From the NCBI GenBank assembly GCA_026395295.1, contig JAPLYZ010000010.1, positions 5,678 through 69,677 of the forward strand: a stretch of DNA of 64,000 bases. The letters are read 5' to 3'. The position numbers and the translations under genes are program-made. Shown one piece after another: positions 38,240 through 48,050 of the stretch. The notes under the pieces were generated by a model, which saw only the letters and a list, made by a program, of their open reading frames with translations, did not search any database and was not told where the DNA came from. Positions within the stretch are counted from its first letter, which is position 1. Each line of letters opens with the position of its first letter. Origin of the DNA: Candidatus Staskawiczbacteria bacterium. Lineage in GTDB: Bacteria; Patescibacteriota; Minisyncoccia; Minisyncoccales; Staskawiczbacteraceae.

Positions 38240-38929
38240 TTATTTGCCGAAACGGCGAGATCTGCGGTCAAATTCTGCCAGAGCAACATCTAGGTCTTGC
38301 TCGGTAAAATCCGGCCAAAATTTTGGAGAAAAATATAGTTCAGAGTAAGCAGCCTGCCACAAAACAAAGTTAGACATTCTCATTTCCCCTCCTGCTCGTA
38401 TGACAAAGTCTGGCGAAGGCAGTCCTGCGGTTGATAAGTGGTTTTCAATCATTTTTTCATCAATTTGGTTAGCGGGCGTCCCCTCTTGAATAATTTTTTT
38501 AACAGCATTAATAATGTCCCATTTCCCGCCATAGCTTATGGCTAAATTTAAAAAAAGGTTTGAGTTATTTTTCGTTGCTTCTTCTGTTTTTATTGCCGCC
38601 TCCTGTAACGATTTAGGCAACCTATCTCTTTGGCCTATAACCCTAACCCTAACCCTAACCCCGTCTTTGTCGTATCTGCTTAAATTATCTATTAAACACT
38701 TTTCCAAAAGATTCATCAAATAATCAACCTCTTCTTTGGTCCTGTTCCAATTTTCAGTTGAAAAACCAAAAGCTGTAAGAACTTTCACTCCCCTCTTTCT
38801 GCACCATTCGGAAAAGTCTAAAAGGTTCTCATAACCTTTTTTGTGGCCTTCTAGAGTGTGCAAGCCTTTTTGTCTGGCCCACCTGCGGTTTCCATCGGGA
38901 AATAAAACTATATGTTGTGGAATATTCAT
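38240..38929 (-). CDS. uppS: Undecaprenyl diphosphate synthase
   Basis: H....PDGNRRWA, FSTENWNR, YGG, IRAGGE.RMSNF.LWQ.AYSE, RRFG. Confidence 0.96.
   Translation of the reverse strand: MNIPQHIVLFPDGNRRWARQKGLHTLEGHKKGYENLLDFSEWCRKRGVKVLTAFGFSTENWNRTKEEVDYLMNLLEKCLIDNLSRYDKDGVRVRVRVIGQRDRLPKSLQEAAIKTEEATKNNSNLFLNLAISYGGKWDIINAVKKIIQEGTPANQIDEKMIENHLSTAGLPSPDFVIRAGGEMRMSNFVLWQAAYSELYFSPKFWPDFTEQDLDVALAEFDRRSRRFGK
38638..38661 (-). repeat. (GGGTTA)4 tandem repeat inside uppS
   Basis: (TAACCC)x4 on +; encodes VRVRVRV. Confidence 0.9.
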
Positions 38930-38975
38930 CGAAAATTATTCTAATTATTCTAAATTAGGTTAATTAGAAATTAGG

Positions 38976-39158
38976 TTAATTAGACATTTGCCGTATTTGG
39001 ATTGGCTCTTTTAATTGATACTTAGCCATAATGTACCCTGAAGCAAAAGCCGCTAAAACTAAAAGCGCGATTATTATAAGTAACATTATATCATTAAAAT
39101 ACAATTTGACAAAGGAAACAATTTTTGCTAAGATATTTTTATAGAAGTCTGAAATCAT
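38976..39158 (-). CDS. Small membrane protein
   Basis: One TM, ends KEPIQI; divergent from rpmA. Confidence 0.55.
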   Translation of the reverse strand: MISDFYKNILAKIVSFVKLYFNDIMLLIIIALLVLAAFASGYIMAKYQLKEPIQIRQMSN

Positions 39159-39180
39159 AAAAATATAAAAAACTAAAAAC

Positions 39181-39462
39181 ATGAGCAAAACAAAACAAGG
39201 AGGTTCGTCCAGATTGGGCAGGGATTCTGCCGCTCAAAGGCTTGGAATTAAAATTTCGGCTGGCGAAAAAGTTAAAGTTGGCATGATCATTATAAGACAG
39301 CGCGGAACAAAATATCTTTTGGGCAAAAACGTTAAAAAGGGTTCTGACGACACTATTTACGCCATGAAAGATGGTTTGGTGAAATTTTCCTCAAAATCCA
39401 AGAAAATTTTCAATGGATCACGGAGAATCGCCAAAGTTGTTTCAGTCGAGAAAGCCAAATAA
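39181..39462 (+). CDS. rpmA: 50S ribosomal protein L27
   Basis: [32 protein letters not shown]. Confidence 0.96.
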   Translation: MSKTKQGGSSRLGRDSAAQRLGIKISAGEKVKVGMIIIRQRGTKYLLGKNVKKGSDDTIYAMKDGLVKFSSKSKKIFNGSRRIAKVVSVEKAK

Positions 39463-39473
39463 CATCTACTTTA

Positions 39474-39510
39474 AAAAATCCGCCAAGATTACAAATCTAG
39501 GCGGATTTTT
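39474..39510. terminator. Bidirectional terminator
   Basis: AAAAATCCGCC...GGCGGATTTTT between rpmA and pyrG. Confidence 0.75.
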
Positions 39511-39513
39511 GTT

Positions 39514-41139
39514 TTATGCCTTTTGTTTTTTTATTGAGGCCTTGATAAAATCTTTAAACAACGGATGAGGTTCAAGCGGTCTTGATTTAAACTCCGGATG
39601 AAACTGCACGCCAACCATCCAGGGGTGGTTTTCCGCTTCCACAATTTCAACTAAATTTCTTTCCGGGTTCACCCCGGCTATCCTTAGCCCATTTTTTTCC
39701 AAAATTTCGCGATAATCGTTGTTAAACTCATATCTGTGCCTATGCCTTTCAGAAATCTCTTTAACTCCATAAGCCTTGCAACTTAAAGATTTTTCCTTTA
39801 ATTTTGCCGGACATGCTCCAAGTCTCATTGTTCCGCCATAGCTCTTTTCTTTGATTAACTTCTTCTGTTCTTCCATTGTTGATATTACGGGGTTTTTCGT
39901 ATTTGGGGCAAGCTCCGTAGAATTGGCGTCTTTGGTATTTAAAATTCTTCTGGCAAATGCTATTGTCATAATTTGCATTCCTAAACAAAGTCCAAAATAC
40001 GGAATCTTTTTTTGAAAAGCATAGTCAGCGGCCATAATCATGCCCTCGGTTCCTCTTTTTCCAAATCCTCCAGGCACAATAATTCCATCCATTTTATCCA
40101 ATTCTTTTAATTCTTCGGGGTTGTTTTCGTATTTCTCAGAATCGAGCCAGACTATGTTTGGCTTTCTGTTGTGCCACCAAGCTGAATGATTGATGGATTC
40201 AATAACCGAAATATATGTGTCTCTGCAAGATTTAAAATTAAAATATTTGCCGACTATGCCAATGGTCACCTCTTCTTTTATATTTTTAACCTTGTTGGAA
40301 AATTTGTTCCAATCAATTAAATCTTTCTTTTTTGTTTTTAATCCTATGGCTTTTAAAATTATTGAGCCAAGATTTTCTTCCTCGAAATTTATCAGAACAT
40401 CGTAAATAGAATAAACATCAGGGGCCGATATAATGCGTTCTTTATCTAAGCTGCAAACTGTGCTGATGGTATTTTTGATACTGTCAGACACGGGTCTGTC
40501 GGCGCGGCACAAAATAAAATCAGGAGAAATTCCAGCCGAGTTTAGTGTTCTGACAGCATATTGCGTGGGTTTAGATTTTTGTTCGCCAAGAAGCGAGGGA
40601 GTGGGCAAATAACTGACCAAAATGAAGAAAACATTTTTTGGTTCTTTCCATTTTAACATTCTGGCCGCCTCCAAAAACAAAAGCAATTGATACTCCCCTA
40701 CTGTTCCGCCAAATTCAACTATTGTAATTTCAGATTGGTTTTTTTTCTGGCAAGCCTTAATTCGCCTAATTATTTCGTTTGGAATATCAGGCACAACTTC
40801 AACGTCTTCGCCTTTGTACTCTAAATTCCTCTCGCGCTTGATTACCTCCTGGTAAACTTGTCCCGTAGTTACATAATTATCGCGGGTGCACACCTGGTCG
40901 GTAAACCTTTCGTAATTTCCTAAATCCTGGTCTGCCTCAACGCCGTCTTCCCCGACAAAAACTTCTCCGTGCTCGGCCGGCCTAATGGTACCCGCATCAA
41001 TATTCACATACATGTCGCACTTTATATTGGCCACTTTATACCCCCGAGACTGTAAAATTTTTCCAATTGAGGCGGAGGCAACACCCTTACCAACGCTCGA
41101 CATTACCCCGCCCACTACAAAAATATATTTTGGAGTCAT
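39514..41139 (-). CDS. pyrG: CTP synthase
   Basis: GGVMSSVGKG, DLGNYERF, KSKPTQ, GLCLGMQ, RHRHRYE, QFHPEF. Confidence 0.97.
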   Translation of the reverse strand: MTPKYIFVVGGVMSSVGKGVASASIGKILQSRGYKVANIKCDMYVNIDAGTIRPAEHGEVFVGEDGVEADQDLGNYERFTDQVCTRDNYVTTGQVYQEVIKRERNLEYKGEDVEVVPDIPNEIIRRIKACQKKNQSEITIVEFGGTVGEYQLLLFLEAARMLKWKEPKNVFFILVSYLPTPSLLGEQKSKPTQYAVRTLNSAGISPDFILCRADRPVSDSIKNTISTVCSLDKERIISAPDVYSIYDVLINFEEENLGSIILKAIGLKTKKKDLIDWNKFSNKVKNIKEEVTIGIVGKYFNFKSCRDTYISVIESINHSAWWHNRKPNIVWLDSEKYENNPEELKELDKMDGIIVPGGFGKRGTEGMIMAADYAFQKKIPYFGLCLGMQIMTIAFARRILNTKDANSTELAPNTKNPVISTMEEQKKLIKEKSYGGTMRLGACPAKLKEKSLSCKAYGVKEISERHRHRYEFNNDYREILEKNGLRIAGVNPERNLVEIVEAENHPWMVGVQFHPEFKSRPLEPHPLFKDFIKASIKKQKA

Positions 41140-41199
41140 GTTCTTTGTTTTTGTTTATTATAGCAAAAAACCCAGCCTTTCAGCTAGGTTCTTTTGTTT

Positions 41200-41667
41200 T
41201 TATTCTTCTGATTTTTCTTCGGACTTTTCGGCGGATATTATAACTTTTATTTCTGGCTCTAGATTATGTTCTAAACTTATGTTTACCGGAAACTCTCCTA
41301 ATTCCTTAATTGGACTTCCCAATTTAACTTGTGATTTTTTGATATCAAATCCCGCTTCCTTTAATTTCTCAACAATCTTCTGGCTATTTATTGATTCAAA
41401 AAGCTGTCCTTCATCTCCGACTTTCACGACAATGCTTAATTCAACCCCGTCTAACCTAGAAGCCAAATCCTGGGTTATTTTTAATTCTTCTTCTGCGGCT
41501 TTTTCGATAACCTCTTTTTGATCATCGAGCCATTTTAAAGCGGCTTTTGTTGCGGCCCTGGCTAATTTTTGAGGCAATAAAAAATTTCTGGCGTGTCCAT
41601 TTTTTACCTCTTTTATTTCGTATTTTTTTCCAAGACCTTCAACATCCTGCAACAAAATTACTTTCAT
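41200..41667 (-). CDS. rplI: 50S ribosomal protein L9
   Basis: [14 protein letters not shown]...[14 protein letters not shown]. Confidence 0.96.
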   Translation of the reverse strand: MKVILLQDVEGLGKKYEIKEVKNGHARNFLLPQKLARAATKAALKWLDDQKEVIEKAAEEELKITQDLASRLDGVELSIVVKVGDEGQLFESINSQKIVEKLKEAGFDIKKSQVKLGSPIKELGEFPVNISLEHNLEPEIKVIISAEKSEEKSEE

Positions 41668-41699
41668 ATTATTTTTTTATTTTTAATTTATACTGTATT

Positions 41700-42920
41700 C
41701 TACTTCAAATCTTTTACTATTTCAAGAGCCTTATCTAATTGTGCATCCTTTTGGGGTTGCACAAGAGCATCTTGGTCTGTTATATCAACTTTTACGTCCG
41801 GAGTCAACCCTACATCTGAAATTGAATTTCCCTTGGGCGTTAGCCAGTTGGCGACAGTTATTTTAAGAAACGATCCTCCACGCAAGTCTAATACTTGTTG
41901 AACACAACCCTTGCCAAAAGATTTTGTGCCAACTAATTTTATGTTCCTGTTGTCGCGAAGCGCGCCGGCTAAAATTTCCGATGCCGATGCTGACCCCTGA
42001 TTTATCAAAATAACCATTGGATAACTCGCAAAAGCCGAACTGCCTTCTGTTTTGTATGTTTGCTGAGGTTTTGCATTGCCGAAATCTTCAATGGCAACTG
42101 GTTGTCCTTTTTGTAAAAACCAGCCGGCAACATCCTGCGCTGCCGAAAGGTATCCTCCCGGATTATCTCTTAAATCTAATACAATTCTTTTTGCCGGACT
42201 TTGCAAGATTTCGAAGGCAGCTTTTTTAAAATCAGCTGTAAGCGGTCCGTCGAACTGATAAATTTGTATATATGCCGTGTCGCCATCTTTCCCGCCGGCT
42301 TCGCCTGGCGAGGCGAGAAGCGACCATTCTATTGAAGGAACTTTTATTGTGTCTCTTATAATTTTTATATCCTTTGCCGTCTCCCATCCATCTCTGAAAA
42401 TATTCAAAGTTACCGTTGTCCCTCTTGGTCCGCGAATTAAGCTAACCGCCTCATCGGTGGCGAGGTTAGTGGCATCTTGCCCATTAATTTTTAAGATTAT
42501 GTCTCCTGATTTTAGCCCTGCCTTTTGTCCTGGAGTGCCCTTTAGCGGCGCTATGACAGTTAACAAATCTTTTTTAATGCCAACTTCCACTCCGATTCCA
42601 TCAAAGGAGCCGTTCAAATCTTGCTGAAACCTTTTTGCCTGCTCAGGGTCAAAAAAATTAGTATAAGGATCGCCCAGCGACCTTGTCATGCCATCTATTG
42701 CTCCGTAAATTATTTTTTGCTCGTCAATTTTTGATGGAGTAATAAAATTTTTCTGCAGCTTATTGTAAGCATCCCAAAAAAGTGAAAAATCAATAGTGCC
42801 TGGCTGAGGAACGTGATAAGCAATTTTATTTACACCCACCCAAGCTCCCAAGCAAAAAATACCGGCGAAAGCTATAACCAGAACAGCAGACCAAATTACT
42901 TTTTTATAACTCTTATTCAT
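41700..42920 (-). CDS. S41 C-terminal processing peptidase (CtpA-like)
   Basis: DPYT, PDZ GIGVE, LDLRDNPGG, SASASEILAGAL, SFGKG. Confidence 0.93.
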   Translation of the reverse strand: MNKSYKKVIWSAVLVIAFAGIFCLGAWVGVNKIAYHVPQPGTIDFSLFWDAYNKLQKNFITPSKIDEQKIIYGAIDGMTRSLGDPYTNFFDPEQAKRFQQDLNGSFDGIGVEVGIKKDLLTVIAPLKGTPGQKAGLKSGDIILKINGQDATNLATDEAVSLIRGPRGTTVTLNIFRDGWETAKDIKIIRDTIKVPSIEWSLLASPGEAGGKDGDTAYIQIYQFDGPLTADFKKAAFEILQSPAKRIVLDLRDNPGGYLSAAQDVAGWFLQKGQPVAIEDFGNAKPQQTYKTEGSSAFASYPMVILINQGSASASEILAGALRDNRNIKLVGTKSFGKGCVQQVLDLRGGSFLKITVANWLTPKGNSISDVGLTPDVKVDITDQDALVQPQKDAQLDKALEIVKDLK

Positions 42921-42979
42921 GAAGATATTCTAACAAAATTTTTTTATTTCGCAAAGCTAAATATGCCGACTATTATTTG

Positions 42980-43480
42980 CTATTTTTGATTTTGATCGTT
43001 CAGATGCAGTAATTGGTGGTATCTATTCACTTCACCTGTCTTGTAATCTCCTTCATTTGCTTTTATTTCCTTAAAAATTTCCCAAACACGCATAACCTCT
43101 ATCCCATTTTTTTTAAAATATTTAATTGTTTCCTCCTCTTTCAATTTTCCACAAATAAACATTTTTTTATATTTGTTACCTATTAAACTTTTAACAACTC
43201 CTGTAATTTTGGGATTATTAAATTTTTTATCAATATAAGCCACAACGCCCACCTCAACTCCTGACGCATCCCGTTTTTTTGCCGATGGAGTTCCGCCGAT
43301 ATACCCAATTGGGTTTGAACTGCACTGAACCTCTATATGAATTGCATCACTAACTTTTTGGTTATCGTCCAATTTAACTGCCAAAATATCCACTTCGTTA
43401 ACGCCGCTTTTCAAATTTTTAATTAAAAAATATCCTTTAGAATTAAACCAGCCCGCAACAACATCCTCTATAATATCCAT
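42980..43480 (-). CDS. PD-(D/E)XK-like nuclease, low GC
   Basis: E..V..WF..KGY, EVDILA, HIEVQ. Confidence 0.55.
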   Translation of the reverse strand: MDIIEDVVAGWFNSKGYFLIKNLKSGVNEVDILAVKLDDNQKVSDAIHIEVQCSSNPIGYIGGTPSAKKRDASGVEVGVVAYIDKKFNNPKITGVVKSLIGNKYKKMFICGKLKEEETIKYFKKNGIEVMRVWEIFKEIKANEGDYKTGEVNRYHQLLHLNDQNQK

Positions 43481-43576
43481 AATTTTATTTTTTAATTATT
43501 TTATTAATTCATCAATGCTTACCTCCCGCCTACACCTCTGGCTATGGACGGGCACGCAAGGGCTTTCGCAGCCTCC

Positions 43577-43813
43577 TTAAATTTTTTGTCTTAATTTTTC
43601 GTATTCCTCAACGGATAACTCAATATCTTTTAAAATTTCTTTTAAAATACCAACGCTCAACTGTTCGTTTCCGTGAATTGGAACCGTTGTTGTTTTTCCT
43701 GTATTTTTATTAAAATAAAAATGATGACTGCCTTTTATTCTCTCCTCTCTAAAACCAAGATACAACAAAATCTTTATCAATTTTTTCGGGGAAACGGGGT
43801 TTAGTTTTGGCAT
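43577..43813 (-). CDS. hicA: HicA-family mRNA interferase toxin
   Basis: LGF...RIKGSH......TTVPIH....L..G.L..IL. Confidence 0.9.
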   Translation of the reverse strand: MPKLNPVSPKKLIKILLYLGFREERIKGSHHFYFNKNTGKTTTVPIHGNEQLSVGILKEILKDIELSVEEYEKLRQKI

Positions 43814-43818
43814 AAAAT

Positions 43819-44067
43819 TTATCTGCAGAAATCAATTTGCTGGACTCCTATAAATTCGTTTTGTCTTACATTATTATTAAAAATGTCTTTTTCAACCTCC
43901 AAACAAAGAGCCACAACTTCTGAAAGTCGCTTATAAAGCTCTGGCAATGTTTTTGCCTGTGTATAACAACTTCGCAAAGACGGAACTTTGCCTAAATAAA
44001 CGCCATTTTCATCTCTTTCAATAATTACCGGAAAATGGTATTTTTGTTTTTTGCTAATTTTTTGCAT
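43819..44067 (-). CDS. hicB: HicB-family antitoxin (short, no DNA-binding domain)
   Basis: FPVIIERDE.G.Y...VP.L..CYTQA.TL.E. Confidence 0.88.
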   Translation of the reverse strand: MQKISKKQKYHFPVIIERDENGVYLGKVPSLRSCYTQAKTLPELYKRLSEVVALCLEVEKDIFNNNVRQNEFIGVQQIDFCR

Positions 44068-44136
44068 AATTTTATCTTTAATTATATTGGCTTATATCAA
44101 TTTTATATTACCAAAATTTTGCTAAATCGTCTAATG

Positions 44137-44208
44137 TGGACCTGGGGGGAGTTGAACCCCCAACCTTTCGCATGCCATGCGACTGCGCCGCCATTGCGCC
44201 ACAGGCCC
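44137..44208 (-). tRNA. tRNA-Ala(GGC)
   Basis: GGGCCTG/CAGGTCC acceptor with G3:U70, anticodon loop ATGGCAT, T arm GGGGG-TTCAACT-CCCCC. Confidence 0.92.
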
Positions 44209-44282
44209 TAATTTTTTAATATACTTGTATTATACTTGTTTACAAATTTTTTTCAAGAAAAAAAATGGATAGTTCGTGTGAA

Positions 44283-45008
44283 CTACCCCTGATCTGCCAA
44301 TTCCAGCAGATTATTAGCGATTTTGTCTGTGATTTGTACGGAGTCATCTTCTCTGGAAAACTGCATAAATTTTCCGAGCCTGACCAAAATTGGTCCCCTT
44401 TTGAAACTGGGCCACGAGAACAGCCTCTTAGCAGGCTGATCGGGCGGATTTCCATTTTCCAACCACATAGTTAACACCGGAGCTTGCGTTCTTGATATCA
44501 ACCAGCCTACAGAACGTTTTAAGTCCCTAATTTTCTTACGCTTGCTCCTACTCCAACGAAAAATTTTCCCGGTACAGGTTCTCCCTCCTTCAGGTAAAAG
44601 CATCATTACTCTCTTGTGCTCGCTTGCAGTATCGAGCATCTTCCTGGCCTCTCTTACTCCGCCGTGTTCCTTAGACCTGTCCACCGATATCGCCATTGGC
44701 CGTAACCACGCCCACCACCACTTATCTGTAAAATTACGCCTGTCGGGCGTAAAGTATGGCGCGAGCCTCAAAGGATGCAAGGCTATTTGCGGAAAAAAAA
44801 TTGCAGGCACCAAAAAAATTTCAAACATGCAATCTAACAGATCCGGGTGGTTCGCAATTACTATAGCGCCGGGCTCTAACCTAGGAATTTCCTGATTAGC
44901 AATTTTGATTTTCCCAATCCACTTAAAAAATAAAAACACCGTCCTAATTGCCGGTCCAACCGTGTAGACCACCAACAAAATCATAGCATTTGAAAAAAAC
45001 TTTTTCAT
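44283..45008 (-). CDS. Lysophospholipid acyltransferase (PlsC-like)
   Basis: NHPDLLD (HX4D) and PEGGRT motifs. Confidence 0.75.
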   Translation of the reverse strand: MKKFFSNAMILLVVYTVGPAIRTVFLFFKWIGKIKIANQEIPRLEPGAIVIANHPDLLDCMFEIFLVPAIFFPQIALHPLRLAPYFTPDRRNFTDKWWWAWLRPMAISVDRSKEHGGVREARKMLDTASEHKRVMMLLPEGGRTCTGKIFRWSRSKRKKIRDLKRSVGWLISRTQAPVLTMWLENGNPPDQPAKRLFSWPSFKRGPILVRLGKFMQFSREDDSVQITDKIANNLLELADQG

Positions 45009-45109
45009 ATTTGTCCTTTCAAAGAGCAAACACTCCAGCTTATGGACTGTATTTTTATTCTACTGCGCTTCAACCAAAAAAGCGAGGCTAAACCTCGCTT
45101 TGGATTGAC

Positions 45110-47605
45110 TTATTTTTTGGGCGGGATGGGTTGGCTGGAAGAAATTGGAGGCTGAGCTGGCGGAATGTCCACAAAAGAACGCTGGGCAATTTCCTGCTCA
45201 ACAACATCTTTTGCCCGCGAATATTTTAACTTTGATATTTTTTTAATAGCGGCAATAATTTCCGGTTTTCCTTTTGGAGGAGGCAGTGTATTCATCTTAA
45301 ACGGCGTTGAAATTTTATTGTTTATCATCATTTTTATCAAAACCGTGAAGTTGTCTAAGTTCACCAAATCAAACCTTGAAAATCCGGGCTCAAATTGTTT
45401 TTCCAAATTTTCAGCGTCTTCAGCTCCAATGCGAAATGCGCCAATTGTGCCAACGTTGCCCAAAACCGCGTCGCGAATTTCCTGCTTTAACTGAGGCATA
45501 TATTGGTGAGCCATTATCAAATTGAGTTTATATTTTCTTGCCTCAGATAAAATTGTGGAAATTGAATCAGTTGTAAAATTTTGAAACTCGTCAATGTACA
45601 AATAAAAATCTGTTCTTTGGTCTTCTGCAATTCTTGCCCGCCTCATTGCCGCCATTTGTATTTTTGAAACTAAAATCAAACCCAGTAAAGAGCTGTTTAC
45701 CTCGCCGGTTAAACCCTTGGACAAATTTGCCAAAAAGATTTTTTTCTTATCCATTACATCTGCCAAATCAAAACCCGAGTGCGACTGACCGATGATATTT
45801 CGCATCATCTCGTTTTCAATAAACCTGCCAAGCTTTGAAACAACATAGCCCAACATGTCCGACCTGGTGGAACCTGTTGTTTGTGCCCATTCTTTTGTCC
45901 AAAAAGACCGAACAATTGGGTCAGAAACTTTTGCCATTCTTTGTTGTAAAAACGCCGGATCGGTAAACATTTTTGGAATTTCAACCAAAGTTCCCGGGTT
46001 ATCTTTATCTGCCATTAAGGCCAGCATGGCGTTTCTCATATAATGCTCAAACATTGGGCCAATAATTTCCGGCGGAAAAAGTTTCATAAATATGGCAATC
46101 ATTTCCTGAACCGCAAAATCTTTCTGTTCCGGCGAATCGTACTCTAACATGTTCAAGCCGCACGGCCTTTCAATATCCGACGGATCAAAAAGCACAACAT
46201 CATCAATCCTATCCTTTGGTATCATTGCTAAAACATGGTCAATTAATTCCCCGTGCGGGTCAACAATTGCCACGCCTTCACCATTTGCAATGTCTTGAGC
46301 TATCATACTTTCTAAAAACCAAGATTTACCAACACCGGTTTGTCCTATAATATAAAAATGCCTTCTTCTGTCTTTTCTGTCAGCAAAATAAACTTTTCTC
46401 TCTTCGTTTCTGTAAGAGACTTTTCCTATGCATATCTGCCCTTTTTCCGGCAAGTCTGCCGGCGGAGGCGATGACACAGACTTTGCGGCTTTAATATATG
46501 GGGTTTCAATGTAATGTGTAGGGAAATGATAAACGCTGGCCAATTCCTCCAAATTCAAAACATTGGCTTGTTTTTCGTTGAAATTTCTAAAACTAAAATC
46601 GTAAGCAAATTTCTGCAGTTCTTTGCCTCGAACTTCTTTAACTTCCAAATTGTTTATTGCCGATAGCGAAAACTGACTGAATGCCGAAGTTAAATGATTT
46701 AAAATTTCTTCTGCTCTGCCTTCTGACTGGGCCGATGCCACAACTCTTATGTTCACTTCAAATGGTTGTTTTTGAATTTTGCTTTGGATTGCATCGTAAC
46801 CCTTCTGGTCGATCCCCTGCTCCTTATCAACACTTTGAAACTCTATTTCTTTTCTCTTTGAGTCCATGGGTCCCCTGACGAAAAGCTCGTCTATTAACTC
46901 CATCAAGTCTCCCAATCCCCATCCATAAGCTCTTTCTACCGCAATTTTTACAGATTTTCCTTCTCTGATTTTTTTTAAGGCCTTCTCGCCTGCTTTTCTC
47001 AAGTTTAATTTAGACAACGGCCTAATTATTACCTGGACTGCCCCGCCTTCGTTAGCTGAAATTTTGCTCAAATTATTTGTTACCAATGCCAAGGGATCTG
47101 TTTCCAGTGTTTGATAGGTGCTAATTGGAAAAAGGTAGCTTTCGGAAAGCTTTAAATACGCAGCGGCGTTTGTTCCTTGCGGTTCAAAAATTGTATAATC
47201 TTGCGGAACCTTATCAACCACTGCGTTAGGATAAACACCCTGCACATATTTTTCGAAAACCGACTCCAAATATTTAGGAACTGCAACGTAAAAAGAAATG
47301 TCTGAACTTCCTATTTGAGAAGCAATTTCAAAAGCGCAACAAGGCGGAGTTTGAAACACGCTGCGTTTTTTCAAATATAAAAAGTTGGCGAAGACTTGCT
47401 CCATTTGGGCAATCATTAGTTTTTCCTCCTTTTGCTGTTCGCCTTCTTTCTTAGGAGAGTGCTGGGGCATCATCACCAAAAACAAAACCATTTCCAATCC
47501 TCCAAAGACGGAATTTTTTTCGTTTGTTTCAGCGTTCAAAACAAAAATAAAAGCCAAAACAATCAGTAAAAAAACCAAAATTAATCCGGGTATAATAATC
47601 GCCAT
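45110..47605 (-). CDS. VirD4/TraG/HerA-like ATPase with N-terminal TM
   Basis: HFYIIGQTGVGKS, DPHG, LYIDEFQNF, LSEARKYKL.L..AHQ. Confidence 0.85.
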   Translation of the reverse strand: MAIIIPGLILVFLLIVLAFIFVLNAETNEKNSVFGGLEMVLFLVMMPQHSPKKEGEQQKEEKLMIAQMEQVFANFLYLKKRSVFQTPPCCAFEIASQIGSSDISFYVAVPKYLESVFEKYVQGVYPNAVVDKVPQDYTIFEPQGTNAAAYLKLSESYLFPISTYQTLETDPLALVTNNLSKISANEGGAVQVIIRPLSKLNLRKAGEKALKKIREGKSVKIAVERAYGWGLGDLMELIDELFVRGPMDSKRKEIEFQSVDKEQGIDQKGYDAIQSKIQKQPFEVNIRVVASAQSEGRAEEILNHLTSAFSQFSLSAINNLEVKEVRGKELQKFAYDFSFRNFNEKQANVLNLEELASVYHFPTHYIETPYIKAAKSVSSPPPADLPEKGQICIGKVSYRNEERKVYFADRKDRRRHFYIIGQTGVGKSWFLESMIAQDIANGEGVAIVDPHGELIDHVLAMIPKDRIDDVVLFDPSDIERPCGLNMLEYDSPEQKDFAVQEMIAIFMKLFPPEIIGPMFEHYMRNAMLALMADKDNPGTLVEIPKMFTDPAFLQQRMAKVSDPIVRSFWTKEWAQTTGSTRSDMLGYVVSKLGRFIENEMMRNIIGQSHSGFDLADVMDKKKIFLANLSKGLTGEVNSSLLGLILVSKIQMAAMRRARIAEDQRTDFYLYIDEFQNFTTDSISTILSEARKYKLNLIMAHQYMPQLKQEIRDAVLGNVGTIGAFRIGAEDAENLEKQFEPGFSRFDLVNLDNFTVLIKMMINNKISTPFKMNTLPPPKGKPEIIAAIKKISKLKYSRAKDVVEQEIAQRSFVDIPPAQPPISSSQPIPPKK

Positions 47606-47608
47606 AGT

Positions 47609-48043
47609 TTAAGTTTTTTTATCGTTATCATCATCTGCCGGCTGGCTCATTTTTAAATAAAACCCTTCGCGAGCTAAGGTGTCGTGCAATATATCTAAAA
47701 GATACGGCTCGTTCATTTTTCTGGCAACTTGTATTGCAAAAACCACGCCTTTTTCCCTTGCCATCTGCAAAAGATGTTCTATCTTGTCTTTTTCTCCCAA
47801 GAATTCAATCTTTTCAGCCTTTGCTTCTGCGTCTTTTTTTGTATTCTCATCTAATTCCATCATTTCTATTTCTTTTCTCAGCTCAGCGGAAATTCTTGCG
47901 TCGTCAGAAGAAATTTCTTTTTTTCTTTCAGGAACTTCCAAACTCTCCTTCTCAAAATGCACCGCCTGTTCCGGAGTCGAAGGCTTCTTCTCTTTTCCCG
48001 GGGTACCCTTTGGGTCCTCTTCTTTTTTGTTTTGCAAAGCCAT
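47609..48043 (-). CDS. Hypothetical protein
   Basis: Charged N-terminus; KG...AI.VA....PY.LD.LHD.L. Confidence 0.65.
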   Translation of the reverse strand: MALQNKKEEDPKGTPGKEKKPSTPEQAVHFEKESLEVPERKKEISSDDARISAELRKEIEMMELDENTKKDAEAKAEKIEFLGEKDKIEHLLQMAREKGVVFAIQVARKMNEPYLLDILHDTLAREGFYLKMSQPADDDNDKKT

Positions 48044-48050
48044 TTGTAAA

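Noticed and set aside
38638..38661. Eukaryotic telomere contamination
   Set aside because: Only four units, in frame within an intact uppS.
45110..47605. Conjugative element
   Set aside because: No relaxase or VirB genes nearby; composition matches the core genome.
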